Program-made: the position numbers and the translations under genes
Shown here: positions 50,593-63,545 of the stretch, piece by piece
Layout of the letters: every line of letters starts with the position of its first letter
How positions within the stretch are numbered: position 1 is the stretch's first letter
Assembly: GCF_001447785.1 (NCBI RefSeq)
Contig: NW_015176458.1
Span: 1,488,216 to 1,552,215 of the forward strand
DNA length: 64,000 bases
Direction: 5' to 3'
Source: Gekko japonicus
Lineage: Eukaryota
The notes under the pieces: model-generated
What the model saw: only the letters and a program-made list of their open reading frames with translations
Told to the model about the DNA's origin: nothing
Databases searched by the model: none

Positions 50593-51653
50593 TGATGCAA
50601 GCCGTTGACAGCCGGTGGGCAGGGTGGTAGAGTTTGTTGACAGGGCTTCTTGAGAGGGCTACGTTTGTGCAGCCCTGGTTGCTCTGCTAATGGAACAGGG
50701 CCAGTTTGTATATGTTTGTAGAACCTCCTATATATAGTTCTCCATTACATCCATTTGGAGACTAAGAGCCTCCTTTGCCTTTTAGAACTTTTTGCCCATT
50801 TTTTCCTCTTCTGAGAAGCCCACTGTGTTCGACAATGTAAATGTTGAAAAGGTTGGAGATTTCAGATCCTTAAGTTTCCTAGGGGAAAAAAAATTGCATT
50901 ATTCCTTCCCCTTTACAAAGAGAGATACGATTACCAAGCGCTCCATGCTGTTTGACATTCTTCCTGCTTGTGTTTTCTGTGACAGTTGATGGCTGCAATT
51001 TGCAGGGCATTTGGAGATGCAAGGTGAGGGGCCTATTATGATGTCTGGCCTTATTAAGGCTCCTCAGAAATAGGAACGCGATAGATGTCTTCATAATGGG
51101 CCTAAATGGGGTATAATTCTATAAGGCCTTGATGTGAAGACCGCTAGGAGTGAAGTCATTTAAACTGCTCATAAAGAAGAGATGTCGGTGTGTAATAACC
51201 TTCACGGGAGGAAAGATAATGAACAGCATAGCACAAAGTGGCTGAGCTATCCACAGTTTACCTTGGTTGTCAAGGCTTCTCCATAAACAGCGTGTATACC
51301 AATGGGCCCCGTTTTTCAGGAACAGCTCCAGTTTTCTGGTATCTTTCAAATTTCCCTAGGACACCATTGTTTCCATTAGTCTTTGAGGGAGATTTGAGGG
51401 GTGCCTTTTAAAATATTGCTAGTGTTCAGTTTGTAGAGGGGGAAATAATTGTGGTTCCCTCTGCTTGATCTCCTGAAGTTAAATTTCTGAACTGGAAGGT
51501 AGATATGTCTTATTCCTACTCCAGTTAAAGTTAGTTTGGACTAGATGTTCCAAGTTTTCACCAATTGTTCCACACATTTATAAATTGTTCAAAGTATCCT
51601 GGTACAAACCAGTACTGACTATTGTGTTTCCATGCAGTCATCTCCATCTGAAA

Positions 51654-52035
51654 TAGGGTTGCCAGATTCTAGCTTTCTGCCACTGGGGGATCCAAGGTTC
51701 CTGTCAGGGAGTTCCTGCCACACATGCTTTGCGCATGCGGCATGATGATGTCACCCAGAAGTGGCATCATCATGCCATCAATGTTGGGGGCACTCTAGTT
51801 GTTGGGTTAAACTCTATGGCTTGTAGCTGATTTTACCATAGAGTTTTGCCCCAAAATGAGAGCATCACCCCCTCGACATGGGCAGCATGATGACATCACT
51901 TCTGGGTGATGTCATCGCACTGCTTTACAGGGCATTTGTGGGTGGGATTTCCCCTGCTGGCCAGCTGGACGGCAGCAGGGAGGAGCTCACAGAATTGGGG
52001 GAAAACCCATCCTGACCTGGGGCCTGGCAACTCTA
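51654..52035. mobile_element. hAT-type MITE, longer TAGGGTTGCCA subtype
   Basis: TIRs tagggttgcca/tggcaactcta; TSD atctgaaa/atctgaag; internal palindrome as in the 26673 copy. Confidence 0.85.
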
Positions 52036-53934
52036 ATCTGAAGGATATGATCTATTAAGGTGCTAAGCTACATCAGTGGTCTACTAGCTGTCCACTCACT
52101 CTCAAGAAGAGAACTCATTACAGCTCAGACTTGGGTCTTTTCTGTTGCTGCTGTGCTATTGCAGAACAACCTCTTGGAAGTGATTACAGCTTTCTGCAAG
52201 GCAATAAACAGAGTTACGCAGTAGCTTGAAGGTTATAGGTATGAGCTCTGGCTCATTTATATAATGGTGTGTTCTGATTATTTTAATAGTTGTTTCTTTG
52301 TTTTGAATTTGAGGTTGTTTACCTTGGGTCTTGGCAGTGTCAGGAGAAAGGTAGGGTATATAAGTAAATAAATTAATATCTATTTATACATACACACCAT
52401 TTGGACACCATCTATATACAGCTGGCACAAAAACAGTGTTTAACCACAGCATACGAATGTTGTAAGACAAAAAGAGTCATCCACAATGTCAATGAAAATG
52501 AGGTGAACCAAAAGTGTCATCAATGACCACAGATGGAATAAAAAAGAAACAAAAATGATCATATCAGCTCACTCCTATGACTTATCTCTTACTGAGACAA
52601 ATGGAATCTTAATTTGACAGCACATGGTCACAAGTAATGTTAGCTGTATTAAGGCCCCAGGAGTCCAGGATGGTATGGTACTGTATACAGGAAAGATTCC
52701 TTCCCTGAATACAGGATGCCTCTCTGTGAGTAGAGCTTGTCTTCCACTCATGGAAGGAGTCCTTCCACTCATAAATGGGCATATGGGATCCAACCCCATT
52801 GGTCTATATTTATTATCATTATTTAATGCTCTAGATATTCTTATATATAAAAACCTTTGCAATACACAATTCTTACGAAACATTTTCAGTGAATGAAATT
52901 TTATCAGAAGCATTTCTCTCATTCCAAATAAGATAATATTTCATAGTGATGTAGATTTTTTTCTTTAATTTTCTCCAAAAATTCTAATTTTACGTTGGCA
53001 AAATAGGGGGGAAAGGTCCTCGGGGGGATGGGCTCTTGTTTCTCTTGTGTTTCATTTCCCCCCCCCGATCCTTCACATCTCTAAGAAGGACCAAAGCAGT
53101 ATTTCCAGGGTCCATCATCATCAAGGGGTAAATAAGTATACCCATGAGTGATGGAATCAGAAGCCACTAGGAGAGCCAACATGGACATGTTCCATTTGTG
53201 CATTAGTCAACATGTATAATCAACCAGGCAACCACAGCAATTTCAGTCTATGTCCAGAACAGAGGCCTTATGGACAAGGTTCTATAATAACCAGTCTCAT
53301 TGAGAAACAGTGGGTGTTGAGAAGGCACAGTTTTCCCCCAAAACCTTGCTTAGAAATAGCAGGTTTGATACTGGCTGAAAGTTACACAAGTCTGTTTTGG
53401 AAAGGTTGCCCCCCCCCCCCAAGCAAGGACTGATCCTATTAAGACCATTGGAGGCCATCTTATTACAGCCATTAGAGAGGCTGGATAATATTCATCAACC
53501 ATTAGACCACCCACTCTTTATGTATTTTATTAGCCAAGACAGCCATGTGTTTAGCTGACATGGTGGGTTTCACACCTCCAAACATTCTCAGCTTGTACCA
53601 GCTGAAAAGTAGCCTTTGAACCCTACCAGAAGCCTTGGAAAGCTGGCAGACAGAAGCCCATGGGAGAAGGATGAAGTCTCTGGAATTTTGCTCCCAACTG
53701 GATGGAAAACCAAATTTTAAAAATCACCCATGAAAACAAATCAAGAAAAGAAATTTGCATAATAATAAAAATAAAGTAAGTAAATGAAAGTATTGAAGAA
53801 CAAAATTAAGTGATGATGAATACGTGCAACATTTGGGTACACATCCTGTGAACATCCTGCCAATTGAGCTGTGTGATACTTTGTTAGTTGATGCTGATGC
53901 ATGGGAACAATTAAGGCAAATATAATAAGTGAAT

Positions 53935-55024
53935 ATATTAACTGCTTCATTGACTATGCTAAAGCCTTTGACTGTGTGGATCACAACAACCTATGGCAGG
54001 TCCTTAAAGAGATGGGAGTACCAGACCACCTCACATGTCTCTTGAGAAACCTGTATAAGGGTCAAGAAGCGACAGTTAGAACCGGATATGGAACAACTGA
54101 TTGGTTTAGCATAGGAAAAGGGGTACGACAAGGATGTATATTGTCACCTTGCTTATTTAATATATGTACAGAGAACATCATGCAAAATGCTGGCCTGGAT
54201 GAATCACAAGCAGGAATTAAGGTTGCTGGGGAAAAGATCAACAACCTCAGATATGCAGACAATACCACTCTGATGGCAGAAAGTGAAGAGGACCTAAAGA
54301 GCCTCTTGTTCAGGGTAAAAGAGGAGAGTGCAAAAGTGGGCTTGAAGCTCAACATCAAAAAAACTAAGATCATGGCATCCGGCCCCATCACTCCTTGGCA
54401 AATAGAAGGGGAAGTCGTGGAAGTAGTGACAGACTTCAAGTTCCTGGGATCCCAGATCACCGCAGACTGTGACAGCAGCCATGAAATTAAAAGACGCCTG
54501 CTCCTTGGGAGGAAAGCAATGGTGAACCTAAACAGCATGATAAAAAGTAGAGACATCATCCTGCCAACAAAAGTCCGCATGGTCAAAGCAATGGTATTCC
54601 CAGTAGTCATGTATGGCTGCGAGAGTTGGACTATAAGGAAGGCCGAGCGCCAAAGAATAGATTCTTTTGCTGGAGAAAACTCTTGAGAGTCCCTTGGACT
54701 GCAAGAAGATCAAATCAGTCAATCCTAAAAGAAATCAACCCTGACTGTTCCCTGGAAGGCCAGATAATGAAACTGAAGCTCAAATACTTTGGCCACCAAA
54801 TGAGAAGGGAGCACTCACTGGAAAAGACCCTGATGCTGGGAAAGACTGAAGGTCAAAGAAGACGGGGACGGCACAGGATGAGATGTTTAGACAGTGTCAT
54901 AGATGCAATGAACATGAAATTGAGCAAACCTCAGAGGACGGCAGAAAACCGGAAGGCCTGGTGTGATCTGGTCCATGGGGTCGCGAAGAGTTGGACTCGA
55001 CTGTGCGACTGAACAACAACAAAT
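53935..55024 (+). mobile_element. BovB (RTE clade) LINE, 5'-truncated, RT pseudogene
   Basis: CFIDYAKAFDCVDH, GVRQGCILSPCLFN, NLRYADN, KLNIKKTKIMASGPIT, MVKAMVFPVVMYGCESWT; one frameshift near 54665; (CAA)n tail; flanking repeat taagtgaat. Confidence 0.95.
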
Positions 55025-55915
55025 TAAGTGAATGGCACTTCTCTTGCAAGTGTATTTGTTTAGAAAAACGCATAAGCGGGCCAAACATCCAGAACGCTCT
55101 TCTTTGTGCAAATAGCATTCCAGTCAGTGTTGGGTAAATATTAGCATGATTAATCCAGACAATAAGCCATTAAGAATCAAAACAATGTGAACATTCCATT
55201 AGATATTAAAAAGTACAATGAAAGGAATGCTTTGGCCTTGAATAAACAGGTTCTTGTAAACAAAATGGCAACTTAAGGGTAAAGAAGTGGCAATTAATTA
55301 AGCTCAATGTTTAGTTTTTGTTCTTGAGTGTATTCAGGTTTTAAAAGTTCTTTTTTTAATTAAAAAGCCCAAATCTTATCTTATCTTTCAATGGTGTATT
55401 GCAACTGTTGATTTAAAAAAAAACAAAAAACTACAGTTGTGCTTTCAACACTTAAAAAAACCAAAAACCTCTAGAAAATGAGGTTTCACAGACTACTGTT
55501 GGCAGGCAGAACTGGGCACAGTCCAGGGAAAGTTCAACCAGTGTAAGTAGGCCGAGACTACAGAGACTTTGAACCTGCCCACCTTCCAAACAGGTAGGGT
55601 CAGACCTACCATTTGTCACTTCAGCAAGGCAAAAACAGCATGACATCCAGAGGTTTCTGAAAGGAAAGTACCCCTGTGGCTATCTAGGAACAATTTTATT
55701 TTTATTATTAAATAAAGGAATGGTAGAAACAGGCCACGAGTGCCTAACAGGGATGCACAACCATTTCCAAAATGAAACTGAATATCCTGTCCATTTCAGG
55801 TTTGGGTAATGAAACCAAATGAGAAAATATGAACGAACAAACAAACAAATGAATGCAAGTGGCAGTTTGTGCTGTTGCAGTAAGCTTATGATTTGCAGGA
55901 GACTATGAGTCCACC

Positions 55916-56149
55916 TCCTGCCAACCTAGTAGTTCGAAATCAAGAAATTGCAAGTAGATAAATAGATACCGCTTTGGTGGGAAGGTAACAGCATTCCATG
56001 CACCTTGGCGTTTAATCATGCTGGCCACATGACCACGGAAACAGTTTCAGACAGCGCTGGCTCTTCGGCTTGGAAACAGAGATGAGCACCGCACCCCTAG
56101 AGTCGGATTCGGCTGGCTTTCAAGCAATGGAAACCTTTACCTTTACCTT
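55916..56149 (+). mobile_element. Sauria SINE, 5'-truncated
   Basis: (accttt)n tail; perfect 12-bp TSD tatgagtccacc. Confidence 0.9.
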
Positions 56150-57404
56150 TATGAGTCCACCAGCTGAGACAGGATTTCAGATCCCTTCCGGGTTCCATAT
56201 GTTGATGCACCCTGGGAAACGAAGTTTCTAGGGTTCCTGCCGTTAACATATTATTTTGTGTATGTGTTGCAGCACAAACTGATCCTGTGTGAATACTGAT
56301 ACTAAGATTATGGTAAGGCAAACATGAAAACTGTCATAATCAAGCGAATGGAGGTATCCAAATTGATTTAGATACATCCAAATTGCTTGCTGATTGGTCA
56401 GTTCCTACTTGCGAAGGGAAGCAGAAAGCAAGCCAAATGGGTGGTGTGTGAGCCTAACTTGTTCCGACTGTCATGTGTTCTCCAATAATAAAGCGTGTGC
56501 AGGAAATCCCATCCGTCAGAGGAAATTTCTGGTGGATCCAAGCCATAGGAACAGCTGTCAAAAACTGTGAGCAGGTGGTAACCCTATTTACCATGGACAG
56601 GGAGATGGTTGCTTCAGACAGATGAAGCTTGTACAATCATATGACAGGGTGCGTTAGAAGTGTAGTAGAATTCAGGAGGAGAAAGAGCTGATATAAAACT
56701 CAGTTCCTATGCTCAGCATTTGAATGACGGATTTTAAAAAGCATGTTATGAATAGAGAAGATGCCTCATTGCTGTAAATGAAAATTTGTCTTAATTATGA
56801 GTACTTGGGGGGGGGAGAAGGAGAAGGTGCAGCCAAGGATATATTTTTACTTGAACATGCCACGGGGAAAAGAAGATGAGAAAACTGCCTGCAGTGGAAA
56901 ACTACAGAGCCTTTAAAATTTGCAGGGTTTCCCCCCATCTTCTAATTATATTACAGCAGGTTAGATTGTTTCTAGTGATAATCCCCAGATCCCTGGGGTG
57001 CATCTGTGTGTGTGGGTTTGAAAGTCATTTGCATAGTGCAAAATGTATTTGAGCAAGACAAGGCAAGTCATGTTTACATGGATTCATGGACAGTGCTGCA
57101 TCAGGCTGTCCCCTGGGTCTTCCACCTTCTCAGTTTGTAGATGTCTTGACCCTAGACAAAACAGCTCAGAATCAGTAGACTGGTTTGCTGCACGGGAACC
57201 GAGGCAAGTCTCCTAAAGCTCTGCCTCCACAAAAACCAGACTGAAAATTCTGCAATGCACTTAGGATAGAAGGAAATAGTCCCTGTTTGCAAGAACCCTT
57301 AACAGGAAATGCGGGGAACAGATAAGACTGAGATTGGGGTTATCCATGTAGGTATTTAGTTTAAGATTTTGTGTCTCATTCTCTCAACTTTTTCAAAATA
57401 GTAA

Positions 57405-57532
57405 AAACCCCAGTAGCACCTTTAAAACTAACAAACTTTATTGTAGCAAAAGCTTTAGAGAAACACAGCTCTCTTCGTCAGAGCTTTTTACTATTTTGCA
57501 GCAACCGACTAACATGGCTAACTCCTCTGGAT
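57405..57532. mobile_element. Penelope-derived fragment with hammerhead-like core
   Basis: ccagtagcacctttaaaactaacaaa...; minus strand 57481-57451 reads CTGACGA agagagctgtgtttctc TAAAGCT. Confidence 0.6.
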
Positions 57533-57954
57533 CTCAACATTTTCAGCCTCACAAGAGGCCAATGAGTTAGTTACTCCCCATCTGGTTTCTCACATGGGCT
57601 TCTTTAGCACTGGCAATGTGTGTTTTATTTTGACTCAAAAAGGCACAAACATTTTAAGGCCTGAATATTGCCAATGTGGATTGGTGCAACAGCACAGGGC
57701 AGACACAGAAAAGCCAAACAAATTTAAGACCACTGATGTCAGTGGGGACTATATTGGGGGGAAACATCCAACTGGAAGCCCCAGCCTCAGTCTGTAAGTG
57801 AAGCTTCATCTAAACCTCTGGCTGACAGTAGAAGCTAGCTGTTCTGCAGCTGCTACAGTTACCTGGAGACTTTGTTCTTGGACCGTTGTCACTGAAGTTG
57901 GCTAACTCTTGTGAAAGCAGCCAATAACTCAGTTATTTATCAATTTAGTCATCA

Positions 57955-58425
57955 ACTTGCAGCCAACTGATGGTGACCCTGTAGGGTTTTAAAGGCAAGA
58001 GATGTTCAGAGGTGGTTTGTCATTGGGTGATTTCCCAGAAGCGCTGCTCCGCGCTCACTCCTCCCTTTTGCCCCGATGGGACGTGTCAATTTCACACAAG
58101 CTGCTGCGCGGCCGTATTTTGCCCCGCAGCTTTGCACGATTTTCCCCACGTCTACTCAATCCTCAAAAAAACAGGATTGAGTAGATGCGGGGAAAATCGC
58201 TCGAAGCTGCGGGGCAAAATGTGGCCGTGCAGCAGCTTGTGTGAAATTGACACGTACCATCGGGGCAAAGAGAAGCGTGAGCGCGGAGCAGCACTTCTGG
58301 GAAATCACCCATTGTCTGCCTCCGTGTGGTATTGATCAGTGGTCTCCCATCCAAATACAGACCAGGGCCAACCCTTGCTAAGCGTCTGAGATCTGTTGAG
58401 ACTGGGCTAGCCCAGGCTATCCAGT
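57955..58425 (-). mobile_element. 5S rRNA-derived SINE split by a palindromic MITE
   Basis: RTE-like tail 57955-58024 and 5S head 58311-58425 (ggtctcccatccaaatac...gctaagcgtctgagatctg). Confidence 0.8.
58025..58310. mobile_element. Fully palindromic PIF/Harbinger-type MITE
   Basis: gggtgatttcccagaag...cttctgggaaatcaccc; arms pair around an A-rich loop near 58168; 3-bp TSD att/att. Confidence 0.88.
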
Positions 58426-58560
58426 CCAGCAGGCCATCTCAGCTACCAGCACCCCAAAGTTTCTACCACCAAACTGCAAAATCACTACAGAGCCTATTTG
58501 GTGTATTTTATTTATTTATTTATTATGGGATTTGTATCCCGCCCTACCCATTTGGCTCAG

Positions 58561-58828
58561 GGTGTAGTGGTTAAGCGTGCGGACTCTAATCTGGGTTTGA
58601 TTTCCCACTTCTCTACTTGCAGCTGCTGGATGACCTTGGGCAAGCCGTAGTTCTGTCAGAGCTGTTCTTGAAAGAGCAGTTCTCAAAAGAGCTCTCTCAG
58701 CCCCACCTACCTCATAGGGTGTCTGTTGTGGGGAGGGGAAGGGAAAGGAGTTTGTAAGCCACTCTGAGACTCTGAGTGAAGGGTGGTGTATAAATCCAAT
58801 CTCCTCCTCCTCCTCCTCTTCTTCTTCT
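58561..58828 (+). mobile_element. Squam3-type SINE
   Basis: ggtgtagtggttaagcgtgcggactctaatc...(CCT/CTT)n tail. Confidence 0.85.
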
Positions 58829-59387
58829 ATTGCAAAGTAGGATTCACACAGAGCCCTTCTACTGTCATAGGAATGAATGTGTGCCTGAGAATCCAGACTT
58901 TCGTTTTCATGCATTTGTTCCAGTCATACAGCAAGATAATTTTTCCTCATTTGAAGCTCCAGAGAGAAATACACTATCCATCTGACATGAATTCCGAATG
59001 AATTCTGCATACGCCTTTGGTGCTTTTTAATATTTTTAATGCATTCAATCGATAACTTTTAAAAAATTCAAGTTTGCTGCAGCATTTTGCTTCAAGGAAG
59101 TAATTGTATGCAGGACATGACCTGAGGCTGCAAAAAGGAAACTAAGTGAATAATGTTTCTTTAAAAACACTCCTGATTTTCTGTCTTAAACAAAACAGAA
59201 TCAAGTTGCTTGTCCCCCTAACTTCCATCAATTGCACATTGTTAGTAGTATACACTCCAAAGTTCAGAGAAGGAAAATGCATATTTTTCCCTCTCACTTT
59301 TTAATGTCACTAATTCCTAGTAGTATTATTGAGAAGTCTGGCTCCCTAGAACAAGGTCTTCCAATTGTGGGCTTTCTAGGTTAGCGG

Positions 59388-59594
59388 AGGGGCTGTGGCT
59401 CAGTGGCAGACATCTGCTTGGCATACAGAAGGTCCCAGGTTCAATCCCCGGCATCTCCAGTTAAAAGGACCAGGTAGGAGGTGATGTGAAAGACCTCAGC
59501 CTGAGACCTTGGAGAGCTGCTGTCAGTCTGAGTAGACAACACTGACTGTATGGACCAATGGTTTGATTCAGTATAAGTTAGCTCCATATGTTCA
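59388..59594 (+). mobile_element. tRNA(Ala)-like-headed SINE with CR1-like tail (Squam2-like)
   Basis: ggggctgtggctcagtggcaga...ggttcaatccccggcatctcca followed by a non-tRNA body; partial copy at 26035-26160. Confidence 0.75.
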
Positions 59595-59719
59595 TATCAG
59601 GCACTAGCTCCCTGACACCACTAGAACAAGGATGTCAGAAGAAAGAAAAAACTGTTCCAAGCAGGGAACATTTCATGTATATCCACCCTTAGAATTCAAA
59701 GAATGACTTGAGCGGGGAG

Positions 59720-61105
59720 ATGGATAGAGGGAATGCAATTCTGTTGGTTCTCCTGGACCTGGACATCTCATCAGCTTTCAGTACCATCAATCATGATATC
59801 CTTCTGGACCACCTATCTGGTCTGGGATTGGGAGGCATCATTCTGTGGTAGTTCCAGTCCTACCTGGAGGGTAAGTTTTAGAAGGTGGTGCTGGGAAGAT
59901 GCTGTTCAGCCCCTTGGCCTTTGGTCTGGGGGGGTCCCCCAATACTGCATCTTATCCCCTGCATCTACATGAAAACACTGGGTGAGGTCATCCAGAGATC
60001 TGGGCTGGGTTGTCACCAATATGGGTTGCTACTCAGCTCTGTCTAGCACTTATTTATTTATTTATTATTTATTATTTATTTATTTCAGCTTATATACCGC
60101 TCCTTCCCAAAGGCTCTAGCTGATCCCAGGGAGGCCATAGAAACCCTGAACCAGTGCCTAAAGGCAGTTATGGAGTAGATGCAGGCTAATAAACTGAAGC
60201 TTAATCCCCACAACACAGGAGTGCTACTGGTACATGGAAGTTCTGATCCAGGATTTAAGGTGTCATCCATTCTGTGTTGCACTCCCCTTAGTACGTGGTG
60301 CTCTTGGACTCAGGCCTACTGCTCGATAAGAAGTGGCAGCTGTGGCCAAGAGTGTCTTTTACCAGCCTCAAGTGATTAGCCAGCTGTGGCCTTTCCTGGA
60401 CAGAAAAGATCTGGCCACTGTGGTGCTTGCCCTGGTTATGCCTAAATTACTGCATTGTGTGTCTGCCCTTGAAAAATGTTTGGAAACTTCAGTTGGTACA
60501 GAGCACTGCAGCCAGATGTTGACTAGAGTGGGTCAGATGGACCATATCATTTCAGCCACAGCCCATCTACCCTGGCTTCAAGTTTGTTTCTGGGTACAAT
60601 TCAGGATGCTGGTCTTGGCCTTCAAAGCCCTATATAGTTTGGATCTACACCCTGAAGGACCGCCTAATCCCTTATGAACCTGCCCTACCATTTTGGTCAT
60701 CTTTGGAGGCCCTGCTTCAGGTACCCCCACCTTCTGGGATTAGGTGGGTGGCAACCGGGGAGAGGGCCCCCTCAGCCATGGGACCAGAGCTCTGGAACTC
60801 TCTCCCCTTCTATTGCGTCTTCTGCCAGTGGGTGGATTTTTTTCTTGTTTTGTTTGGCATTCCCTCAATGATCCTTCCTTCCTAACCAATTTTTTTTATG
60901 CTTTCTGTATATTTTGACTGTTTTGTCTGTATTGTAACTCTCTTTATAACTCTTTTAAAATTTGTTTTAGTGAGGTATGTTTGGGAGAGGGAGTCATTTT
61001 AATGGTTTAATGAATTTTATCATGTCTGTTTTAATTGGTCAGCTGCTTCGGAGGCCCTTGTAAGAGTAGAAAGGAGGGATACAAATTGTGTAAGTAAATA
61101 AATAA
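59720..61105 (+). mobile_element. L2 LINE, degenerate RT through 3' tail
   Basis: DRGNAILLVLLD..SAFSTINHDIL, GVPQ..ILSP, NKLKLNP, HLPWLQVCFWVQFRMLVLAFKAL; (TAAA)n tail; small antisense insert at about 60050-60118. Confidence 0.88.
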
Positions 61106-62934
61106 ATGTGTCAAGTGATAAATGATCAGTACTGGTCTTCAGTTGACATGTATTTAAAACCTCTGTCTTGCCAGGATTACATTTGAATGGTAGGGAAGTG
61201 CCCACAGCAAGGGGAGGGTTATGTTTCATCAGCTTTCCATGATGAAATTAAAAAGGTCTCTTCCAGCTCTTATTGATATACCTGCCTCATACAAATGTCT
61301 ATGGCTAATGTATAACGGCATGGGGTAGCAGAGCATTGCATGAAGAACCGGACGCATGGCATCACGGTGGTTGTTTATTGTATACTTCTGACACGAATAC
61401 TGGCTGTGTTGGAACAAGGTGGAGGTGAAAATTCTTTAATGAGCAAACTGGGGACGCATTGTGCTTTCAGCATAAAAATAATTAGCAATAGTTTAAGTGC
61501 TGCCATTGCCTAATTCTGTATTCTGTGATGGAAGACAGACAGTTTTGAATCAGGCTTCCTACAGCAAAGTCAGACGTGATCAGATAGATCATTTATTTTA
61601 ATCATTTTTTTCCTTCTACATACTTGCTGCGGGAGGTTGAAGGCAGGATTCTTTAAAATCATGGAAAGAGGGAAAAAATTAACATAGGCCCCCTTTGTTC
61701 CCTTTAACGAATTTGCGGTTGCGTGCTAAACAAAAACCTTGTGAGAAGCACAATGGGCTCCTATCCTAACTTGACATTCCAGGTTCAGCAAGAGGTCTTG
61801 GAGCATCCGAATCTGTGTGACAAAAGCCAACCAAACCCTGGAAGCTGTAGGTGTGCCATCTGATAATTGCCAACTTCTTTTTTGTTGTTGTTGTTATGTG
61901 CATCTAAAAAAACAAACAAACGGTATGGACTGCAGCTGAAATTTCACATGTGCTGGTCGAGTCACACATAGGCCTAATTTATGGGATATGACAGCTGGGT
62001 CAGCAGGCAGTTTTCAGAGCAGACTCGAGTCATTATCAGCCTCTCTGCAAACCTCCAAGACCTCAGAAAACAAGAACCAGACCTGTCACTCAACAGCCTT
62101 GCCCTGCACTTCTAGCTGTGAACATCCAGCAGGCGGTAGAAAGATCTGCAAAAGTAATGACAGCGGGCAGGTCAGCAGGAAGCTTGGGAAGTAGACTGTG
62201 GTCTTCATCATCCTTCTCTAAACCCTTCTTGCTGATGCCAGGAAGGGAAAGTGCCAGTAAAGAGACAGCCAATCAACATTGTTGACTGGGATATTGCAAT
62301 TGGTTTGAATTACAAGCTGCCGTGGAAATCTATTTGGCTGAGGGGGAAGAGCTGCAGTCAGTGCTTTATATGGGTCTGCATAACAGCCAAAGGGAAGGCA
62401 GCATGGTATAGCTGGATGCCTACAGACCTTGAAAGCTACAGGGATGGGAGGCCACCAAGGAAAGCTTTGCAGAGGAAGGCAATGGCAGACCACCTCTGCT
62501 TCTCACTTGCCTTGAAAGCTCCTTGCTGGGGTCACCATAAGTCAGTTGTGACTTGATGGCACTCACAGACTTTATCACTTGTGCAGGCTGCTGAGGAGGT
62601 GAAAGAGGAACTTCAGTGAGATTCCTCCATGGTACAGCTCCCATCAGCTCAACCCCAGGTCTGATCTTACTGACCCACTCCTGGTTCTACCCTTCCCAGC
62701 ACTAGCAGGTGGACATACTAGGCTGGGTAAGACAAGCTCATTCTTTTCTGTTGGGCTCTGCTTGAAGTGCCCCCACTTTAGAAGAGACTGACTACCAGGG
62801 GCCTGGAGAGTGCCTGAGCTGCATAGCTATGGGATATCTTTCAGGTGGCAATTTCTCTGTGCGATTTCATCAATACTTATTTCTGGGATCATATAAGACC
62901 TTAAGGTCTTGCAAAGCAAGAGCTGCGGCTTCCT

Positions 62935-63545
62935 TGATTGGGTCTTCTTCTTTTCCTGCTTCCTTCAATGTTCACTAGCATTAGTGCTCTTCCAGTGACT
63001 CTTGACTTCTCATAATATAATCCAATGCACAATAGCCTCCGTTTGGTTATTTTAGCTTCTTGGGGGAGTTCACATTTGATTTGATCTAGAACTGACTTGT
63101 TTGTTTTTGTGGCGGTCCATGGTATCCATGAAACTTGCCTCCAACACCATATTTCAAATGAGTCAATTCTCTTCCTGTCAGCTTTCTTCATTGTCCAACT
63201 TTCACACCCATACATGGTAATGGGCAATATGAATTATCTCAATCTTGGTTGCCAGTGACAAATCCTTATACTTAAGGATCTTTCCTGGCTCCTTCATGGC
63301 TGCCCTGTCCAGTCTCAATCGCCTTCTGATTTCTTGGGTGCAGTCTCCCTTTTGGTTGACGATGGAGCCAAGGGATAGAAAATCTTTAGCAACTTCCATT
63401 TCTTCATCATCAGCCTTAAAGTTGTATAATTCCCCAGTGCTCATTACTCTTGTCTTCCTGATGTTCAGCTGTAAACCTGTGTTGGCACTTTCTGCTTTAA
63501 CCTTAATCAGTAGTCGTTGCAAGTCTTCAGTATCTTCTGCCTGTA
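62935..63545 (-). mobile_element. RTE-clade LINE fragment, different and older subfamily than the BovB at 53935
   Basis: EDLQRLLIKVKAESANTGLQLNIRKTRVM...EIRRRLRL...MYGCESWTMKKADRKRIDSFEIWCWR; frameshifted. Confidence 0.9.

Noticed and set aside
53901-55012. Longest ORFs (261 aa and 128 aa) as a host gene
   Set aside because: They are BovB reverse transcriptase with a frameshift and a mutated catalytic motif; the antisense ORF 54062-54610 is only its shadow
59388-59460. tRNA-Ala gene
   Set aside because: The D-arm/anticodon region is degenerate, there is no oligo-T terminator, and it continues into a SINE body
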